A stretch of DNA of 64,000 bases from Tricharina praecox. Lineage: Eukaryota. A program made the translations under genes and the position numbers. The stretch is taken from contig NW_026250403.1 of assembly GCF_024521635.1 (NCBI RefSeq), positions 1,736,001 to 1,800,000 of the forward strand, given 5' to 3'. The notes under the pieces are model-generated. The model was not told where the DNA came from and did not search any database. It worked only from the letters and a program-made list of their open reading frames with translations. Each line of letters starts with the position of its first letter. Position 1 is the first letter of the stretch. Positions 61,136 through 64,000 of the stretch are shown here, piece after piece.

Positions 61136-64000
61136 ATGGCAGCCCGATCGAGAGAAAAGCGTTCCGCGTCGGCCTCCAGAATGTCTACAGCCGTCGGCAC
61201 GACCAACAAAGCGAAACTTCGATCGAAGGCAGCCCAAGCTTCACTTGACGTTCGGTCGGTGGAAATCAGGGAAATTCTCCAACGCTACCTTACTGATATG
61301 AAGAAAGACCATGTATGCCTGGTCAAGAACGTTCTAGCTGAAGCCCGGGCAGATCTTGACTCTAGATCTGTGTATGGGAGTGATGGAAAGGGCGGTCACC
61401 CAAATATCATATACGATGACGTGTCACCGTTCAGTGAGATGAAGAGCATACAAAAACCGCTGCGCGATACCGATATTTCAAAAAAGGACGGACTCTCATT
61501 CAAAATCAGACACTTCACGAAGCCTGGCCACGCATCAACTGTGAATGAAATATTTGTGCCAACTGTCCCGTGCAAGGTGACTCCAGGGACTCCGTTACCT
61601 CGAAAGTGCCGGGCCTACACAACCCTACGGAGCAACATCATCGCAGACAATCAAGAGGAAATGCGTTACCTGCCATACTTCGGGGAGGATGACAGCGAAA
61701 AGAATCCTCTGACCGACTTGCATCTCGGCGAGCTTTTTGTTGACAAGACCGCGAGCAATCGGGATGCTATGGATATGGAATGTAAGCGTTGACTTCGGAT
61801 TTCATTGTTCATGGCTTGTTATAACATAGCTAGATGCTGCCATTTTTGCCAGCTTTATGGACGACTTTCTTGCAGAAGTCAATGTGTCCGTTAACGCAAT
61901 GACACATTACTTGATTGGCGATATCCGGCAGCTTGATGGGGACCCCGTATTGCTCCATGAGCGTCGTGAACATGCACTTCCGGATCATTTCGAGCTTCAA
62001 GATTCTAAGATTCTGACTGCGCGGACAAGGTTGGTGCAACCCGTCAGCGCCGACGAGCTCAAAGTGGCAGAAGCAGTGTGTTATGTGTTCAAGCAGACAA
62101 CCAATGTGTCAGCCTGGGAAGTTATCAGGAAAGTCAGTCAGCCTGTGAAGAACAGTATGTCTCCTACCAAGCACACCGCTAGTGGGACGAGCGCTTCGGC
62201 AAACGAGAAATGCGATCAGGAGGTAGCACTGCTCACCGGAGGCAATCCATGGCCGTATAGCTTGGACAGCTACGCTCATCTATATTGCTTGGTTTGTTTC
62301 ATGTGAGTATTCCCGAAAATTACCAGAAGCTGTTCCGCTGACTTGACCACCAGGCATGAGTGTCCATTACATAGTGAGCACCACCTTTCCAATTATTTAG
62401 TCCTGAATACGGGCTTAAATTTCCACACCAAATCCAACCTGATTCCACAATCTACCTTTGCTCGCATCTCTTGACATCCTCTTCCTTTACACTTGAGAGC
62501 GTGTCCTGTAATCGCTGTCATCTACAAGTACAAGTGGGATAGTTATTCTAACAGTAATCTAAGCGGTGGGCTCTGGTATTAGGGATCGCCTAGGAGCCTC
62601 GCAAGAAGAAAAAGGCACAGGTAGTGATCAGGCGGAACCCAAAGAATACAAACTTTCCATGCATCTTCCCCAGTGGTCATACTCGAGCAAGCAGGCTAGC
62701 AAAGATGCGTTTGCAGAAGGGGAGAATTGCTCGGCGGAATGTTTCACTATAGTGATTATTTGATTCCCCCCTCAAATGGTTTTATCCCTGCTGATAGTTG
62801 CCTTAAAGGATGGTAGGTTGAAATCAGCCGTACTTGGCCGTTGGTCGAAAGCGCAGATGGAGCTCTTACGTACAACAGCTGGGGTTCTCAGGAACAATCC
62901 CCGCTGTGCTTGCTTGTGCGCAGTCACCATCAACAAACCGTGTGCTGAGGTAAAATTTAACATCCCAAACGGCGTATAAATATGGAGATTGATCATTCCC
63001 CAGATTTACCTCCAGTTGAAGGCTGAAGATCTGTTGCCCGTTGATCTATCTGATGCTCTGCTAGGGGCCGCCAATCCTGCTGGCGACCAAGAAGCCGTCA
63101 AAGTTCTGAAGAGGAAGAAGACGCCTGTCGGCTACTTTCCCGGCTATCCCGCCGACATCGACAGGACTCATCTGCACGAAAGGCGAATGGAGGTGCGGCC
63201 GTGCCGTCACGAAGGCCCATGCGACAGTTCTTGCGAATGTGTCCGCTCTCGAGTTGCCTGCGAGAAAACCTGCGCATGTTCACCAAAATGTCCACGGAAA
63301 TGGCGCGGCTGTTCGTGCAAGCGTGCCGGCCGACCCTGTTCGGCGGAGAGTAAGTGCATCTGCCAGAGAGCCAACCGCGAATGCGATCCGGACTTGTGTG
63401 GTACCTGTGGCTCTTACGAGCTGTTGGATCCTTGCAACCGGAACAATGATTCCCTCGTCAGCGAAATGTGCCAGAACGTCCATCTGTTGCGGGAAGTCGG
63501 TAAGAAAACGATTCTGGGCCATTCGGTACTCGCGGGGATGGGCCTTTTCATGGGCGAAGACGTTGGCAAGAGCGAGTTTATCGGCGAATACAAGGGTGAG
63601 GTTGTTACGCAGGATGAGGCCGAGCGCCGTGGGAAGTTGTACGATAAGCGTGGTATCAGCTTTCTGTTCGACATCAACAAGTCACAGGCAATCGACGCGA
63701 CTCGTATGGGCAACAAGCTGCGATTCATCAACCACGCCAGGGAGCGCACGAACTGCGTCGCCAAGATTCGCATGGTAAACTGCGTATACAGAATTGGGTT
63801 CTGGGCCACAAAAAAAATCAAAGCCGGCGAAGAACTGTTCTTCGACTATGGGTAAGTCACCCACCTTCTCCGCTCTTGGAAATTGTGTTAACATCCCGCA
63901 GCTACGGGCGAGGGCACGCAGTGAAATTCGTCCAAATGGAGCCACCCTACATCCCGTGGAGCGACTCGGAAGGCGAAAATGAATCCGCCGCTGCTGTTGC
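61136..64000 (+). CDS. KMT6: H3K27 methyltransferase, PRC2 catalytic subunit (KMT6/SET-7/EZH2-like); 3' end runs beyond the window
   Basis: RYLPYFGE, CLVCFM|HEC, CXC domain (PCRHEGPC...CEKTCAC...RECDPDLC), SET domain (FIGEYKGEVV...EAERRG, GNKLRFINHA, GEELFFDYG). Confidence 0.9.

Overview
This is eukaryotic DNA from a filamentous ascomycete, shown by short spliceosomal introns with CTAAC/CTGAC branch sites and typical Pezizomycotina gene families. My impression is Pezizomycetes, but that is unverified. I can support about 23 protein-coding loci. Housekeeping genes include BolA, RPS2, NPT1, an acyl-CoA synthetase, NCL1/TRM4, an AKTIP-like UBC variant, a b5-fused acyl-CoA dehydrogenase, TRM734/WDR6, RAD2/XPG and the 5' part of KMT6/EZH2. 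These alternate with two tRNA-anchored, accessory-looking blocks. The first (about 12.6-20 kb) holds an inverted tRNA-Val pair, a secreted intradiol dioxygenase, LINE relics and a His-rich membrane orphan. The second (about 37-53 kb) holds a cutinase, tRNA-Glu, maleylacetate reductase, a third tRNA-Val, an Adc-like protein, an AA9 LPMO, a pseudogene and orphans. The main leads are: (1) a strongly codon-biased 79-aa ORF whose stop lies 2 nt before the ATG of a vWA-like gene, a candidate bicistronic or reinitiation unit; (2) a spliced His-rich type I membrane orphan that the ORF track misses; (3) three identical tRNA-Val(AAC) genes with A54 in the T-loop; (4) degenerate splice donors; (5) a pseudogene with three lesions; (6) a structured T-tailed element beside a LINE RNase H relic. 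All assignments come from motif recognition by eye; no searches were run.
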